A stretch of 64,000 nucleotides of DNA from Vampirovibrionales bacterium. Lineage in GTDB: Bacteria; Cyanobacteriota; Vampirovibrionia; Vampirovibrionales; JAJTHC01. The stretch's first letter is position 1; each line of letters begins with the position of its first letter. The notes below the pieces were generated by a model. That model was not told where the DNA came from. It worked only from the letters and a program-made list of their open reading frames with translations, and did not search any database. The position numbers and the translations under genes are program-made. Positions 36,583-46,572 of the stretch are shown in pieces. Location: positions 5,895 to 69,894 of the forward strand of contig JAYKHY010000064.1 of the NCBI GenBank assembly GCA_035285025.1. Reading direction: 5' to 3'.

Positions 36583-36870
36583 AGGTTTTGGTTATGGCAA
36601 GCTCGCTTAACGTTATTCAGCGAATAATTAGTCCACACGGTATATGCGAATATCGCAAGTTATGAATAAAGCGCAGATATAAAACAAACCCCGGCAAAGT
36701 TATTGTCATTTTACCAAGGCATTAAGCCCGCCTTTGCGGGACTCACGAATTTGATACCTATCCGCATAATAGCCAAACTGAAGCGCCTAAAACTTTAATT
36801 CCAAATCGATAATTTTACGAATCACGGTTTCAACAAGTTAATTATTTAACAAATCACGAGGAGCGCGGCG

Positions 36871-37950
36871 TTGAGCGGCGAGAAAACAGAACAGCCTACA
36901 GGTAAAAAACTAAGCCAGGCCCGAAGCCAGGGCCAGGTTGCGCGCAGCCAGGATTTAAACCGCGCGGTGGTGCTGGTGGCGGCGGCTCTGGTGTTTTGGT
37001 TTGGCGGCAAGTATTTTGCCGCAAGCATGCTCGGGTTAATCTCGGGGGATTTGCACCGCCTGGTCGATAGCGGGTTTGACCGCCCGTTGACGCGCTCTGG
37101 GTTTACGGCGTTGCTGCAGCACACCATCGAGGCTTCGATATTAATGCTGCTGCCCTTTGGGTTAACCATTGCGGCACTGGGCACGGCAATCAACTTTGCC
37201 CAGGTTGGGTTTCATCTTAGTTTTAAACCGTTGCAACCCAACCTGAGCAAAATCAACCCGATTCCGGGCACCAAACGCTTTTTTTCGATGACGACGACCG
37301 TCGAAACGCTGAAATCCCTGCTAAAAATGACGCTGATTGGCAGCATGGTGGCTTCGATTATCTGGGGTAATCATAAAACGCTACTTAGTACCGCCAGCAT
37401 GGATATTCAATCGGCAGTCATGGCCGTTTCCGGCATTTTATCGCAACTGGTGGGCTGGGCGATTTTCTGGTTCTTGATTTTGGGCGGCGGCGACTGGTTT
37501 TACCAGCGTTACGCGTTTTTAAAGCAGCTGCGCATGAGCAAACAGGATATTAAAGACGAGCACAAGGATGCTGATGGCGACCCGAACATTAAAGCGCGGA
37601 TCCGTGCAGCCGGCCGGCAGATTGTTAGCAAGCGCCAACTGGCTGCAGTACCCATGGCCGATGTGGTGATTACCAACCCGACGCACTTTGCGATTGCGCT
37701 GCAATACGACCCGGATATTGCGCCCGCACCGCGCGTGATTGCCAAAGGCGTGGATCATTTTGCGCAAAAGATTAAAGAAGTTGCCAAGGAGAACGGCGTG
37801 CCGATGGTGGAGAACCGTCCGCTGGCGCGCACCCTGTACGATCAGGTAGATTTGGACCGTATGATCACCCCAGAGCTGTTTGTGGCTGTCGCCGAGGTGT
37901 TGGCTTTGGTCTACGCACAGCAAGGTGGCCGGCGTAAGTCTAAATCTTAA
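36871..37950 (+). CDS. flhB: flagellar biosynthesis protein FlhB
   Basis: SGEKTEQPTGKKLSQARSQGQVARSQDL and the autocleavage site NPTHFAIAL. The start codon is TTG. Confidence 0.95.
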   Translation: MSGEKTEQPTGKKLSQARSQGQVARSQDLNRAVVLVAAALVFWFGGKYFAASMLGLISGDLHRLVDSGFDRPLTRSGFTALLQHTIEASILMLLPFGLTIAALGTAINFAQVGFHLSFKPLQPNLSKINPIPGTKRFFSMTTTVETLKSLLKMTLIGSMVASIIWGNHKTLLSTASMDIQSAVMAVSGILSQLVGWAIFWFLILGGGDWFYQRYAFLKQLRMSKQDIKDEHKDADGDPNIKARIRAAGRQIVSKRQLAAVPMADVVITNPTHFAIALQYDPDIAPAPRVIAKGVDHFAQKIKEVAKENGVPMVENRPLARTLYDQVDLDRMITPELFVAVAEVLALVYAQQGGRRKSKS

Positions 37951-37972
37951 CACCCGCCGCTATTTAAGAATA

Positions 37973-38071
37973 AACATCAAGCTACTCGGGTAAAAACGCT
38001 GGCGCTATTCATTTAAAAGCTGGCGCTATTTAGGTAATACCATCATCGCTACTCGGGTAAAAACGCGGGCG
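37973..38071. repeat. duplicated queD 3' end (period 67 bp) plus an internal 2 x 12-bp repeat
   Basis: gctactcgggtaaaaacgc occurs at 37981-37999 and 38048-38066. GCTGGCGCTATT occurs at 37998-38009 and 38019-38030. Confidence 0.8.
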
Positions 38072-38495
38072 CGCCAGCGGCCTGCGTAATTTCTGCGCTA
38101 TTGTTGCGGGATTCTTGCAGGCGAACGCGGCTTAGCGAGATGCCGGAGGGCAAATGAGGCTCAAGCTGTTGCCAAAACGCCTGCGCCAATACCTCGGTGG
38201 TGGGGATTTTTCCGGTTAAAAATGGTACGTCCATGTTCAGGTGCTTATGATCGACCCAGTTTAAAATCCAGGTCTCTACGAGTTCATCCAGCGCACCAAT
38301 GTCCATCAACATGCCCGTGTCTGGGTGTGGTGTGCCTGTAATACTTACCCACAGGGCGTAATTATGGCCATGGCCGTTAATATGGCTGCACGGGCCAAAC
38401 ACGTTTTTATTGGCCTCGTCACTCCATTGCGGGTTATACAGGCGGTGGCTGGCCGGAAAATCATAGCGGCGCGTTAATAGTAATTGAGGCATCAT
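38049..38495 (-). CDS. queD: 6-carboxy-5,6,7,8-tetrahydropterin synthase
   Basis: FPASHRLYNP..........FGPCSHINGHGHNYALWVSITG and WVDHKHLN. Confidence 0.9.
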   Translation of the reverse strand: MMPQLLLTRRYDFPASHRLYNPQWSDEANKNVFGPCSHINGHGHNYALWVSITGTPHPDTGMLMDIGALDELVETWILNWVDHKHLNMDVPFLTGKIPTTEVLAQAFWQQLEPHLPSGISLSRVRLQESRNNSAEITQAAGAPAFLPE

Positions 38496-39059
38496 TGTAG
38501 GGGGGTATTTTCTTTCATCTGATATTTGCGTTAAGCCGCTTGCGTCTTCAAGTTTAGCAGACTTTAGGCGAACACGCTAAATACGCGCTTTTTTGGGGCG
38601 TGGGTTAGCTTGGTTCGGGGAGGGAGTGCAAGGGAGACTTTACAGAACAAGGCCTCGCTTCAGGATGTTGACCCACTAAAATACCCCACTAGGCTTTTTG
38701 CAAGCGTTTGCCGGTTTAAATAGCATCCCCCCCCTTTTTTTGGGGAGGCTAAATTGCAAGCTTGTGGGTTCCCGTTTGGATGCTTTTAGGGTATAATTCT
38801 CGCCCGATACCAAATTCTTCTATTCGCCATTTTTCTGCTCGCTCTTCTAAACTGATTTAATCGCTTTTTATTCTGTAGTTAAGTTTAACCGTAAACAATA
38901 TTTTAAAAATTGCCTTAGTGCCTGGCTGCATGTAACGGCTAACCCGTATTTTTTTAAATACGTTAGGCCTCATCTTTGGGTGATAGGGTAATTTAGCGCT
39001 GTTCTAGCTAGCTTGATTCTCTCGTTTGGTGCTTCGCGTGACCCCGGCTTGGAGGCAAC

Positions 39060-39473
39060 ATGCAATCAGGTATTCCTATACAAGTACAAGGCTCAACTCA
39101 GCATTACTTAGCCAATTCAACTAATTCAATCCCGCCCGAAATTCAAGCGCATCAGCTTGCTGCGGCGTATCGTCAGCTAAGTATGCCGTCTAATCATGCT
39201 GGTCAGGCTTCAAGTTACTTGCATACGCAGGCAAGAGCCGTGGCAGAGCAACACGCTGATTATTACAAAAAACAGGCCAAACAACCCGAAGCCTCTCAAA
39301 TAGCGCAAAAATCCAGACTCCAGTTGCTTAAGCATAATGCATTGGCCTTTTTAAAAGACTTTAAAGAGGCCGCAAAAGGCAAGCTTGGCCATGTGCTGGA
39401 TTTATTAAAGTCTCTGGCCGAGGCTGCGCAAGAAAAAGCACATCAGGTTTCAAATCGGGCGCGTAAGCAATAA
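39060..39473 (+). CDS. hypothetical protein
   Basis: 137-aa ORF in an A/T-richer region flanked by long spacers. No motif. Confidence 0.4.
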   Translation: MQSGIPIQVQGSTQHYLANSTNSIPPEIQAHQLAAAYRQLSMPSNHAGQASSYLHTQARAVAEQHADYYKKQAKQPEASQIAQKSRLQLLKHNALAFLKDFKEAAKGKLGHVLDLLKSLAEAAQEKAHQVSNRARKQ

Positions 39474-39773
39474 GTTTAAGTGCTTGGCCTGTAAGTCTAA
39501 GCGTGTAAAAACCAACGAAAGATCTTCGTGCAGCCAAGTAGCGGAATTCAGGCAACAGATTCTACATAGCTTTTCTTTCCGCGGATGGGTATGGGCCTGT
39601 TTGGAACATTCACAATTTGACCCATTACCTTGTTTTTAAACAGCTTTGCGTCTTATTTGCCCTTAATTTTTGAATACATCACAAGCTAAAGCGCGCAGCA
39701 TTGTATTTGCCCTAAGGCATCAAGCTGCGCGCAAATTTTTAAGATAAAAAAGTTGACTTGTGCCTTGAAAACG

Positions 39774-40583
39774 CTATTGAATCAGGCGTAAGGCTTCTTC
39801 CAGCAAGGATTTGTTGGTGCTGATAATTTTATTGGTTACATCCAGTTGTAATTTAGCTTGTCGCACCATGCCCACCTGTTCATCCAGGTCAATATTGCTT
39901 TGCTCCAGCAAGCCACTGCGGATTTCGCCGGTGCCTTGTGCCGCCTCGCCCGATTGCGCGGTGGCAACGTAATGCTGGTCTTCCACTTCGGATAATCCCG
40001 ATGGGTTCGTAAAGTTGGCCAGCGCAATTTTATACAACGGCTCGGTCGTGTTGCCTTTGTCCGCTATCCCAAGCACCGTACCGTCCGAACGGATTTTATA
40101 TTCATCGTACTTGCCTAAAAACTTGCCGTTACTGGGGTCAACCCACATGGTAATTTCGCTGGTGGGCACCTGATTTGCGGGCAAGGGCGCACCGTTACTT
40201 TGTGTTGGGCTCACCACTTGGCCTTTATCATCAAGCAAATAGCCCTGCACTTTATCGCCCTTGTGATTCACTAATGTGCCATCGTTGTTAAACGTAAAAT
40301 CGCCCAGTCGCGTGTAGCGCAAGCTGCCATCATCTTTACGCACAATAAAATGGCCACGCCCTTCTATAAACAGGCTGGTTGGGCCACGGCCCGGAATCGA
40401 CTTGCCCTGATCGTCCTTGCGCGCAATGTCATCGCCGTGGACGCCGCTTAGAAAATCCGAAAACGTCATTTGGGTCTGGCGATACCCGGGCGTGTACATA
40501 TTGCCCAGGTTTTGGGTTAAGGCCCCAAACCAGTCATACACCGTTTTTTGTGTGTTGAGTGAGGTTATAAACGGATCGTACAC
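39774..40583 (-). CDS. flagellar basal-body rod protein (FlgF/FlgG family)
   Basis: N-terminal LTQNLGNMYTPGYRQ and C-terminal LLEQSNIDLDEQVGMVRQAKLQLDVTNKIISTNKSLLEEAL. I chose the GTG at 40583 because GGAGG lies 7 nt upstream; the ORF extends to the TTG at 40589. Confidence 0.85.
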   Translation of the reverse strand: MYDPFITSLNTQKTVYDWFGALTQNLGNMYTPGYRQTQMTFSDFLSGVHGDDIARKDDQGKSIPGRGPTSLFIEGRGHFIVRKDDGSLRYTRLGDFTFNNDGTLVNHKGDKVQGYLLDDKGQVVSPTQSNGAPLPANQVPTSEITMWVDPSNGKFLGKYDEYKIRSDGTVLGIADKGNTTEPLYKIALANFTNPSGLSEVEDQHYVATAQSGEAAQGTGEIRSGLLEQSNIDLDEQVGMVRQAKLQLDVTNKIISTNKSLLEEALRLIQ

Positions 40584-40916
40584 GTGCAAGCCTCCGTAGT
40601 GCTACGCTCTAGGAATCGTCTAAATCATCTTTAAACGTAGGCTTTTGGCCTAAAAGTCACCCTTTACCCGCTAGGGCATTTAAAACTGCTTTTACAGGCC
40701 GTTTTCCTGCGTTTACGGCTAAGCCAACGGCGTTTTGAATGCGATTAAAGTCAAATTGACCTCTTTATGAAGAGGGCTGTTTGCTTAAAGCGTACTCAGG
40801 TTTGCGCGCATGGCAACATGGGCGTTAGCCCAGCCAACTTATTTAAAAGCGTCAATCTTCCACTCCTAAAGCCGATTTACACTCAGCAATGCGTTAAACC
40901 CCTCTCAAGCTTTGTA

Positions 40917-41390
40917 TTACGAGACTTGCATGGCGTTAATTGCACGGGTGCTGGAGCGCCCCGTGAGCATGGGCACGTAAACAGCTTGTATACCAAGTGT
41001 TTTAAGTGTTTCGCTCTCGGGTAAAACTTTACCAGATTCGTATTCGCCGCCTTTAACGTAAATCCCGGGCTTTACAGCCTTTAAAAAGGCGTCTGCGGTG
41101 GTGTCTTCAAAACTACATACCAAATCCACGCACGCCAGCGCCGCAAGCACGGCCATGCGATCGTCTGTGGTGTTGATAGGGCGTGTTGGCCCTTTAAGCT
41201 GCCGGACAGAGGCATCGCTGTTGACGCCCACGATTAGCAAATCGCCTTGTCGACGTGCGGCCTGCAAATAATGCACGTGGCCCGCGTGTAAAATATCAAA
41301 GCAGCCATTGGTGGCCACCAGGGTTAAACCGGCACTGCGCGCTTGCTGCAATGCCGGTTTAATGGTTTCGAGTGTTAAAATTAACCCCAT
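40917..41390 (-). CDS. hldC: D-glycero-beta-D-manno-heptose 1-phosphate adenylyltransferase (RfaE domain II type)
   Basis: The cytidylyltransferase motif NGCFDILHAGHVHYLQAARRQGDLLIVGVNSDASVRQLKGPTRPI is present. Length is 157 aa. Confidence 0.85.
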   Translation of the reverse strand: MGLILTLETIKPALQQARSAGLTLVATNGCFDILHAGHVHYLQAARRQGDLLIVGVNSDASVRQLKGPTRPINTTDDRMAVLAALACVDLVCSFEDTTADAFLKAVKPGIYVKGGEYESGKVLPESETLKTLGIQAVYVPMLTGRSSTRAINAMQVS

Positions 41391-41407
41391 GGCTTGATTA
41401 TGATCCG

Positions 41408-42589
41408 TTAGCCCGCTTTTTTGGCTTCGGGGGCTGCCGGCGCTTGGTTTGGTGCGCCAGGAACCGCGTTATCTTGCGCTTTGGGTTGGTAAGCCGGCTC
41501 AATGACGACTTTGGTGTTATCCATTTTCTGTTTTAGCCATGTTTCCAGAACCGCCTGTTTTTTCTGCTCGGATAAGCGGCTTTGGATGTCGGCCTTGGCT
41601 TTTTCAAACGAGACGGTTTCAGCCTTTTTCTTCTCATCAACCCGGATTATATGGAAGCCAAACGGGCTTTCGACCACGCCCGGGTAGAGTTTTCCAGGTG
41701 GTGTCTGTACCATGGCGGCCCAGAAGGTGGGTTCGGTCGTCTGTTCGACTAAAAAGCCCAAATCGCCATCTTTTTCGGCCGAGAGTAAGTCATCGGAATT
41801 GTTTTTGGCCAGTTTCTCAATTGCAGCCGGATTCTTTTTGACTTCTTCAAACAGTTTTGCGGCTTTGGCCTTTTGGGCGGATTTTTTTTCAATCAAAGCT
41901 TTTTCCAGCTGGGCTTCGTCCCATTTTGGGTGCTCGGCGCGGAGCGCTTTTTTCATTTCGGCGTCAATGGCCTTCAGTAAAATATGGTGCGCCCGAATCG
42001 AAGGCGGCATTTTAAAGATGTCCGGGTTTTTGGCGTAAAACGCCTTGGCTTCGGCTTCGGTTGCTTTTAGGCTAGCGTTGCCGCTTTTTTGAGCCAACGC
42101 ATCAACCAGTTTATTGTTCAGCACTTGTTCTTTCAGCGCTTCTTCAAAGCTGGCATCGCTAAACTGATTTTTAGCCAACATGTCCTCAAGCGCTTTTTCG
42201 CCGCCAGCTTTGAGTGCATGGTCTTTGCGCAGTGCTTTAACGTCTTCATCCGAGGCGACCAGGCCTAGTGCTTTAGCCTCTTGGGCAATGAGATTCTTGA
42301 GTACCAGCTTGTTGAGCGCCATTTGCTTCAGCGTTTCCTGAATCACCGGGTTTTTCGAGAGTTCCGGGTTTTCGGCCACTTTAAGCAGTTTGGCGTATTG
42401 GGCAAATACTTCGTCGTATTGCAGTTTATTAACCACCTGGCCGTCAATCGTTAATACCGTCTCCTTGCTGCGCGGATCCAGTTGTTGGCTAAGCCCGGGT
42501 ACCATTTGGCAGCCTGCAAATGCAAGCGCGCTAAGGCTTAGCAGAAAACTGAGCGATAACGGCAACACGCGTGAACGAATGAAGGACAT
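41408..42589 (-). CDS. parvulin-type peptidyl-prolyl isomerase (SurA/PrsA-like), probable lipoprotein
   Basis: PpiC domain IRAHHILLK ... DLGF ... SPFGFHIIRV. The lipobox-like LSALAFAGC motivates a start at the Met at 42589. Confidence 0.8.
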   Translation of the reverse strand: MSFIRSRVLPLSLSFLLSLSALAFAGCQMVPGLSQQLDPRSKETVLTIDGQVVNKLQYDEVFAQYAKLLKVAENPELSKNPVIQETLKQMALNKLVLKNLIAQEAKALGLVASDEDVKALRKDHALKAGGEKALEDMLAKNQFSDASFEEALKEQVLNNKLVDALAQKSGNASLKATEAEAKAFYAKNPDIFKMPPSIRAHHILLKAIDAEMKKALRAEHPKWDEAQLEKALIEKKSAQKAKAAKLFEEVKKNPAAIEKLAKNNSDDLLSAEKDGDLGFLVEQTTEPTFWAAMVQTPPGKLYPGVVESPFGFHIIRVDEKKKAETVSFEKAKADIQSRLSEQKKQAVLETWLKQKMDNTKVVIEPAYQPKAQDNAVPGAPNQAPAAPEAKKAG

Positions 42590-43104
42590 AAAAATAAACC
42601 CTGACCATAATCCAGAAAACAGGCTCGAAAATAGCTTGTTTGCATCGCTATCTTCGAAAAAAAGCTGAAACAAATTCCTAATATACGCTTAAGTATACGC
42701 CTAAAACATTCAGGTTTATATTGCGTCTATTTTTTAAGCCTCTAAAAGGCATCCAATATGAATGCTTTCTCTTATAAGTATCTTTTGAAGTCATGCAAAC
42801 GCGCTTAGCGTTGATTGCTTAGACGTTTAAAACGTCAGAGGTTCCACGAAGTGTAAGCCCTAAAAGGCTTTTTTAGCGGGATGCCAGGATACTCGGCGCA
42901 ATGACCAATAATTATTTGGCAAGTGTTTGGAAAGGGATGATTTGCGGTGCCCCTGACTCTTGAATATAAGCCCTAGTTCATCCCATTTGCGCGCTTAATT
43001 GCGCAATATCGGTGCGTGACTGCGATGAAAATCGCTGTAAGCATGACGCATCTGGCTATTGGGGTTTTTCGAAAAAAATAATTTTGATACGCGAAAAAAA
43101 ATGT

Positions 43105-43133
43105 TTGCAATTTGTTACAACACCCGGTATACT
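43105..43133 (+). promoter_or_regulatory. near-consensus sigma70-type promoter
   Basis: TTGCAA (43105-10), a 17-nt spacer, then TATACT (43128-33). It lies about 195 nt upstream of the sepF ATG. Confidence 0.5.
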
Positions 43134-43332
43134 CATCTTAATTATTTCTTATGGATGTCTAACGCATATCCGCGAGCCTGATGTTCATAAGTATTTTGCT
43201 CAATTCAGCACTTTTTCTAAGTAGAAGCATCTCGAAAAAAAAACGATAAGTCTGGCAAGTTGGCTTGTTTAAGGTTGTTGTTACCACATTTAAATTCGTG
43301 TCAGTTAAGGCGGAGGTTGTTAAAACTGCCCT

Positions 43333-43890
43333 ATGAGTATTGGATTGGTTCATAAATTAAAGCACTGGGTGTCCGGTGATCCTTACGAGGAAGACCTTTA
43401 CGGTGCCGAAGAGGACACATACAGCTATAACAATAATAGTCATCACGAAGAGACAGAGGCCATGTCAGATTACGAAACCTCCGAGCGTAGCGCAGAACAG
43501 AATCGTTTTTCGGCCCGTAATGCTGCCCCGGCGCGCGGCGTAAACAGTCGCTTTGGCAAAAGCAATCTTCGGGTGCTCGAGACGCCTGCTGCCATCCAGG
43601 CCAGCCAAGTGGTTGTGGTTGAACCCAAAAGCTTTGAAGATACCCTGATTATGGTCGAGCATCTGCGGTGCCGCCGGACTGTCGTCCTGAACCTGCACCT
43701 GCTCGATATGACTCAATCTCAACGCGTAGTTGATTTTCTGTCGGGTGCGACGCACGCGATTGACGGGCATCAGCAACGTGTGGGCGATGGTGTGTTCGTG
43801 TTTACCCCTAGCAACATTGGCATCAGTACCGAGCTTGAAAAAGCGGCTGCAATGGCAGACCCGTACTGGAACACGCAGGGATTTAACTAG
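43333..43890 (+). CDS. sepF: cell division protein SepF
   Basis: The DUF552 core VVVVEPKSFEDTLIMVEHLRCRRTVVLNLHLLDMTQSQRVVDFLSGATHAIDGHQQRVGDGVFVFTP is present. Confidence 0.9.
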   Translation: MSIGLVHKLKHWVSGDPYEEDLYGAEEDTYSYNNNSHHEETEAMSDYETSERSAEQNRFSARNAAPARGVNSRFGKSNLRVLETPAAIQASQVVVVEPKSFEDTLIMVEHLRCRRTVVLNLHLLDMTQSQRVVDFLSGATHAIDGHQQRVGDGVFVFTPSNIGISTELEKAAAMADPYWNTQGFN

Positions 43891-43947
43891 ATTTTGTTAA
43901 AAAGGCCGTAAAAAGCCTAATTGTGTGTTGCTCCTTATCCCCTCATT

Positions 43948-43978
43948 GCCCTGGCACATTGTGTCAGGGCTGTTTTTT
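43948..43978 (+). terminator. rho-independent terminator after sepF
   Basis: A 10-bp stem GCCCTGGCAC/GTGTCAGGGC with loop ATT, followed by TGTTTTTT. Confidence 0.8.
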
Positions 43979-44086
43979 GGTGTCGTATCGTTAACTACAA
44001 GCAGTTTTTTACTCTGCTTTAAACGTTCTGCCGAGCGCGGGGGTGTGCTTTAGGTGAGCAATCTAGCGTGAGCTTTTAAAGAGTTT

Positions 44087-44154
44087 AGTGATTAGGACAT
44101 AACTGGCCGTTTGGACCTTGAAAGCTTGACACAGTTTGTTACGAGATAATCGCC
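44087..44154 (-). mobile_element. shorter (about 68 bp) relative of the 91-bp hairpin element, copy 4
   Basis: The reverse complement reads ggcgattatctcgtaacaaactg...gtcctaatcact. The first 17-18 nt and the terminal motif match copies 1 to 3. Confidence 0.5.
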
Positions 44155-44233
44155 AAAGCTTGTATTCTGCCACGTGCGCCAGGTACAGCACGCCCCAAGC
44201 CAAAAGGTTCTGTTTTAAGACCTTATTTTGGCG

Positions 44234-45814
44234 CTATTCCTTGAGTGTTTCGGCAAGTGTGTCGGCGATGGCCTGGACGTCTGCCAGATTTAAACCGGTT
44301 GCCTTCGCCAGGCGTGAGCCGTAATCAGCATCTGCTTTGTAACAGAACGCCGTAATACGGTTTTTAACGGCTGTGTTGGTGACCTGTTTTAAATCGCCCG
44401 AAAAATTCGAGACCAGGTTGGTTTTTTCTTGCGCCGTAAACGAGCGGTATAGTTCGCCCGCTTGTTTAAAGTTGAGCGTTTTGGTTATGCCGCGCTGTTG
44501 CGTTGTGCCGTTCAGCGGGGTTTCGGTTAGTTTAAAGTTGGCGTCATCGGTAAACCCGTCTTCGCTAATGCTGGGTTGGTAGTTAATGTCGCTGGTTTGT
44601 TTTTTCAGGAACCCCTCGCCCGCTTGATTATGGTTATTTACCTTGGCAAGCGGCATGTTAATGGGGAGTTGCTGGCCATTTACGCCAAGCCGGTAGCGCT
44701 GGGTATCGGTGTATGAGAACAAACGTCCCTGTAGTAATCGATCTTCCGAAGGTTCAATCCCCGGAATCAGGTTTGCGGGCGAGGGGGCAAACCGTTCAGT
44801 TTCGTTAAAATAGTTTTGGGGCATTTTGTTGAGCGTTAATTTACCCACGCGCACTTCGGGGACTAAATCGGTCGGCCAGATTTTCGTGGCATCCAACGGG
44901 TTAAACTCAAATGCGTTTAACTTGTCTGCCTCTAAAACCTGAACCATTAAGTCCCAGCTGGGGTAATTCCCGGCCGCAATCGCTTTACGAAGATCGTTGG
45001 TGTGCAGGTTAAAATCCTGGCCGCCCGCCTCGGTTGCTTGCTGCGCTGTAAAGGTTTTTAGGCCCTGGTTGCTTTTCCAGTGGAATTTGGCGTAATGAAC
45101 CTTGCCTTCGGCGTTGATCAGTTTGTAGGCATGCACGCCAAATCCGTCCATGGTTCTCAGGCTGGCAGGGGTGCCTTGGTCTGAGTATAAAAACGTCAGC
45201 ATGTGCGTGCTTTCGGGTTGATGCGAGAAAAAGTCAAACCAGCGGTTGGGGTCTTGCACATTGCTCACGGGCGAGGGTTTAAGCGAATGCACCATGTCGG
45301 CAAACTTAATGGCATCGCGGATAAAAAACACGGGCAGGTTATTGCCGACTAAATCCCAGTTGCCCGATTCTGTATAAAAGCGCGTGGCAAATCCGCGCGG
45401 ATCGCGTAGCGTCTCTGGCGAGCCGCTGGCGTTAATTACCGTCGAAAAGCGAACAAACACCGGGGTTTTAAGGCCAGGCTTTTGCAGGGGCGCCAACCGG
45501 GTCAGCGCTGATAAATCGGTATAACTCTCAAATTCGCCGTGGGCGCCTACACCGCGCGCGTGTACCACGCGCTCCGGGATGCGTTCGCGATCAAACGCGG
45601 CCAGTTTTTCGATCAAATGAACATCTTGCAGTAGCGTCGGGCCGGTTGGGCCTGCGGTTTGGCTGTTCTGGTTGTCGCCAACGGGCGCGCCATTGTTACG
45701 CGTTAGGGTGGGCGCTTCGGCAAGGGCGATTAAACTTAACGCGTTGATTACACTTGAAACCCCAAGGGTAAGCGCTAGGGCAACCGGAGTCACGCGATTG
45801 GTGCGGCGATTCAT
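44234..45814 (-). CDS. monofunctional heme catalase with an N-terminal signal peptide
   Basis: FDRERIPERVVHARGVGAHGEF, RFSTV, and the signal-like N-terminus RVTPVALALTLGVSSVINALSLIALAEA. Confidence 0.95.
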   Translation of the reverse strand: MNRRTNRVTPVALALTLGVSSVINALSLIALAEAPTLTRNNGAPVGDNQNSQTAGPTGPTLLQDVHLIEKLAAFDRERIPERVVHARGVGAHGEFESYTDLSALTRLAPLQKPGLKTPVFVRFSTVINASGSPETLRDPRGFATRFYTESGNWDLVGNNLPVFFIRDAIKFADMVHSLKPSPVSNVQDPNRWFDFFSHQPESTHMLTFLYSDQGTPASLRTMDGFGVHAYKLINAEGKVHYAKFHWKSNQGLKTFTAQQATEAGGQDFNLHTNDLRKAIAAGNYPSWDLMVQVLEADKLNAFEFNPLDATKIWPTDLVPEVRVGKLTLNKMPQNYFNETERFAPSPANLIPGIEPSEDRLLQGRLFSYTDTQRYRLGVNGQQLPINMPLAKVNNHNQAGEGFLKKQTSDINYQPSISEDGFTDDANFKLTETPLNGTTQQRGITKTLNFKQAGELYRSFTAQEKTNLVSNFSGDLKQVTNTAVKNRITAFCYKADADYGSRLAKATGLNLADVQAIADTLAETLKE

Positions 45815-46572
45815 TTGATAGAAGCCTTTCTGGAATCCGATTACAATCTTTAGACTTGACTGCGGTAACTTGCTGAATTACCCCAAAAAATCCATAAAAA
45901 ACGCGTTATTTTAGGCGTTTTTAATGCGTTTTTTGCGCTTTTTTTGCCCAAAATTTTGGTGGCGATTCTGTAAAGTTTGAAAAAATCAGACGCTTGAGAA
46001 GATTGACTTGAATTTTAATTGGTTTGAATTTTTAAAAATAAAACCTATCAGGTCAGCGCGGGCTATTTTTAAAACAAGCTCTCATTTGTAACCCGTTTAC
46101 AACCTGGCTGAAAGCACGGCTCAAATCTATGGCAAACTATGCCAAAAATTGCGCCAGCTCGCCCTAAACGTGAAGCGTAATAGGCGTAATTCGTTACATT
46201 TTGCGGTGGGCCGGGGCTGCGTTTTGTCCTGCGCCAAGCGCGTCACGCGCGTGCTTGTTCATATAAATGCATCGCAAGAAATAACTTAAAAAAATGCTTA
46301 AAGCGCGTGAGGTTTTTTACGAATGTTTGTTATTGTTAGCGCTTAATTTACGCAGGGTAATTTATGTTGCGTTAACGCTGGCGCTAATTAATAGGTAAAT
46401 CCGTTGCAGTGTGTTGTAAAAGCGTGTGTGTGCTACTTTTTAAAGCAAGCTTTTTTGTTTTTTAGCACATTTACGCTTTGTTTTGCGTTTAATTTTTAGG
46501 TGACCCTAACCTAAACCCGGATTTTATTGCCGAAAGCCCGTTTGCGATTACCCCCGAGAGTATTTTAATCCC

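Noticed and set aside
38496-38600. A preQ1 riboswitch upstream of queD.
   Set aside because: The reverse-strand leader lacks the conserved preQ1-I features I can recall (a short stem followed by an A-rich tail ending in CUA(A/G)) at the right distance from the start.
38727-38745. A homopolymer block C8-T7-G4 as a phase-variation tract.
   Set aside because: It lies in a long spacer with no adjacent start codon or promoter element that I can link to it. A similar C8 run at about 30033-30040 is also intergenic.
45961-46010. A possible hairpin-element copy upstream of the catalase gene (ggcgattctgtaaag...), which would form an inverted pair around the catalase.
   Set aside because: Similarity is limited to about 10 nt and there is no matching terminal ATAATCGC motif.
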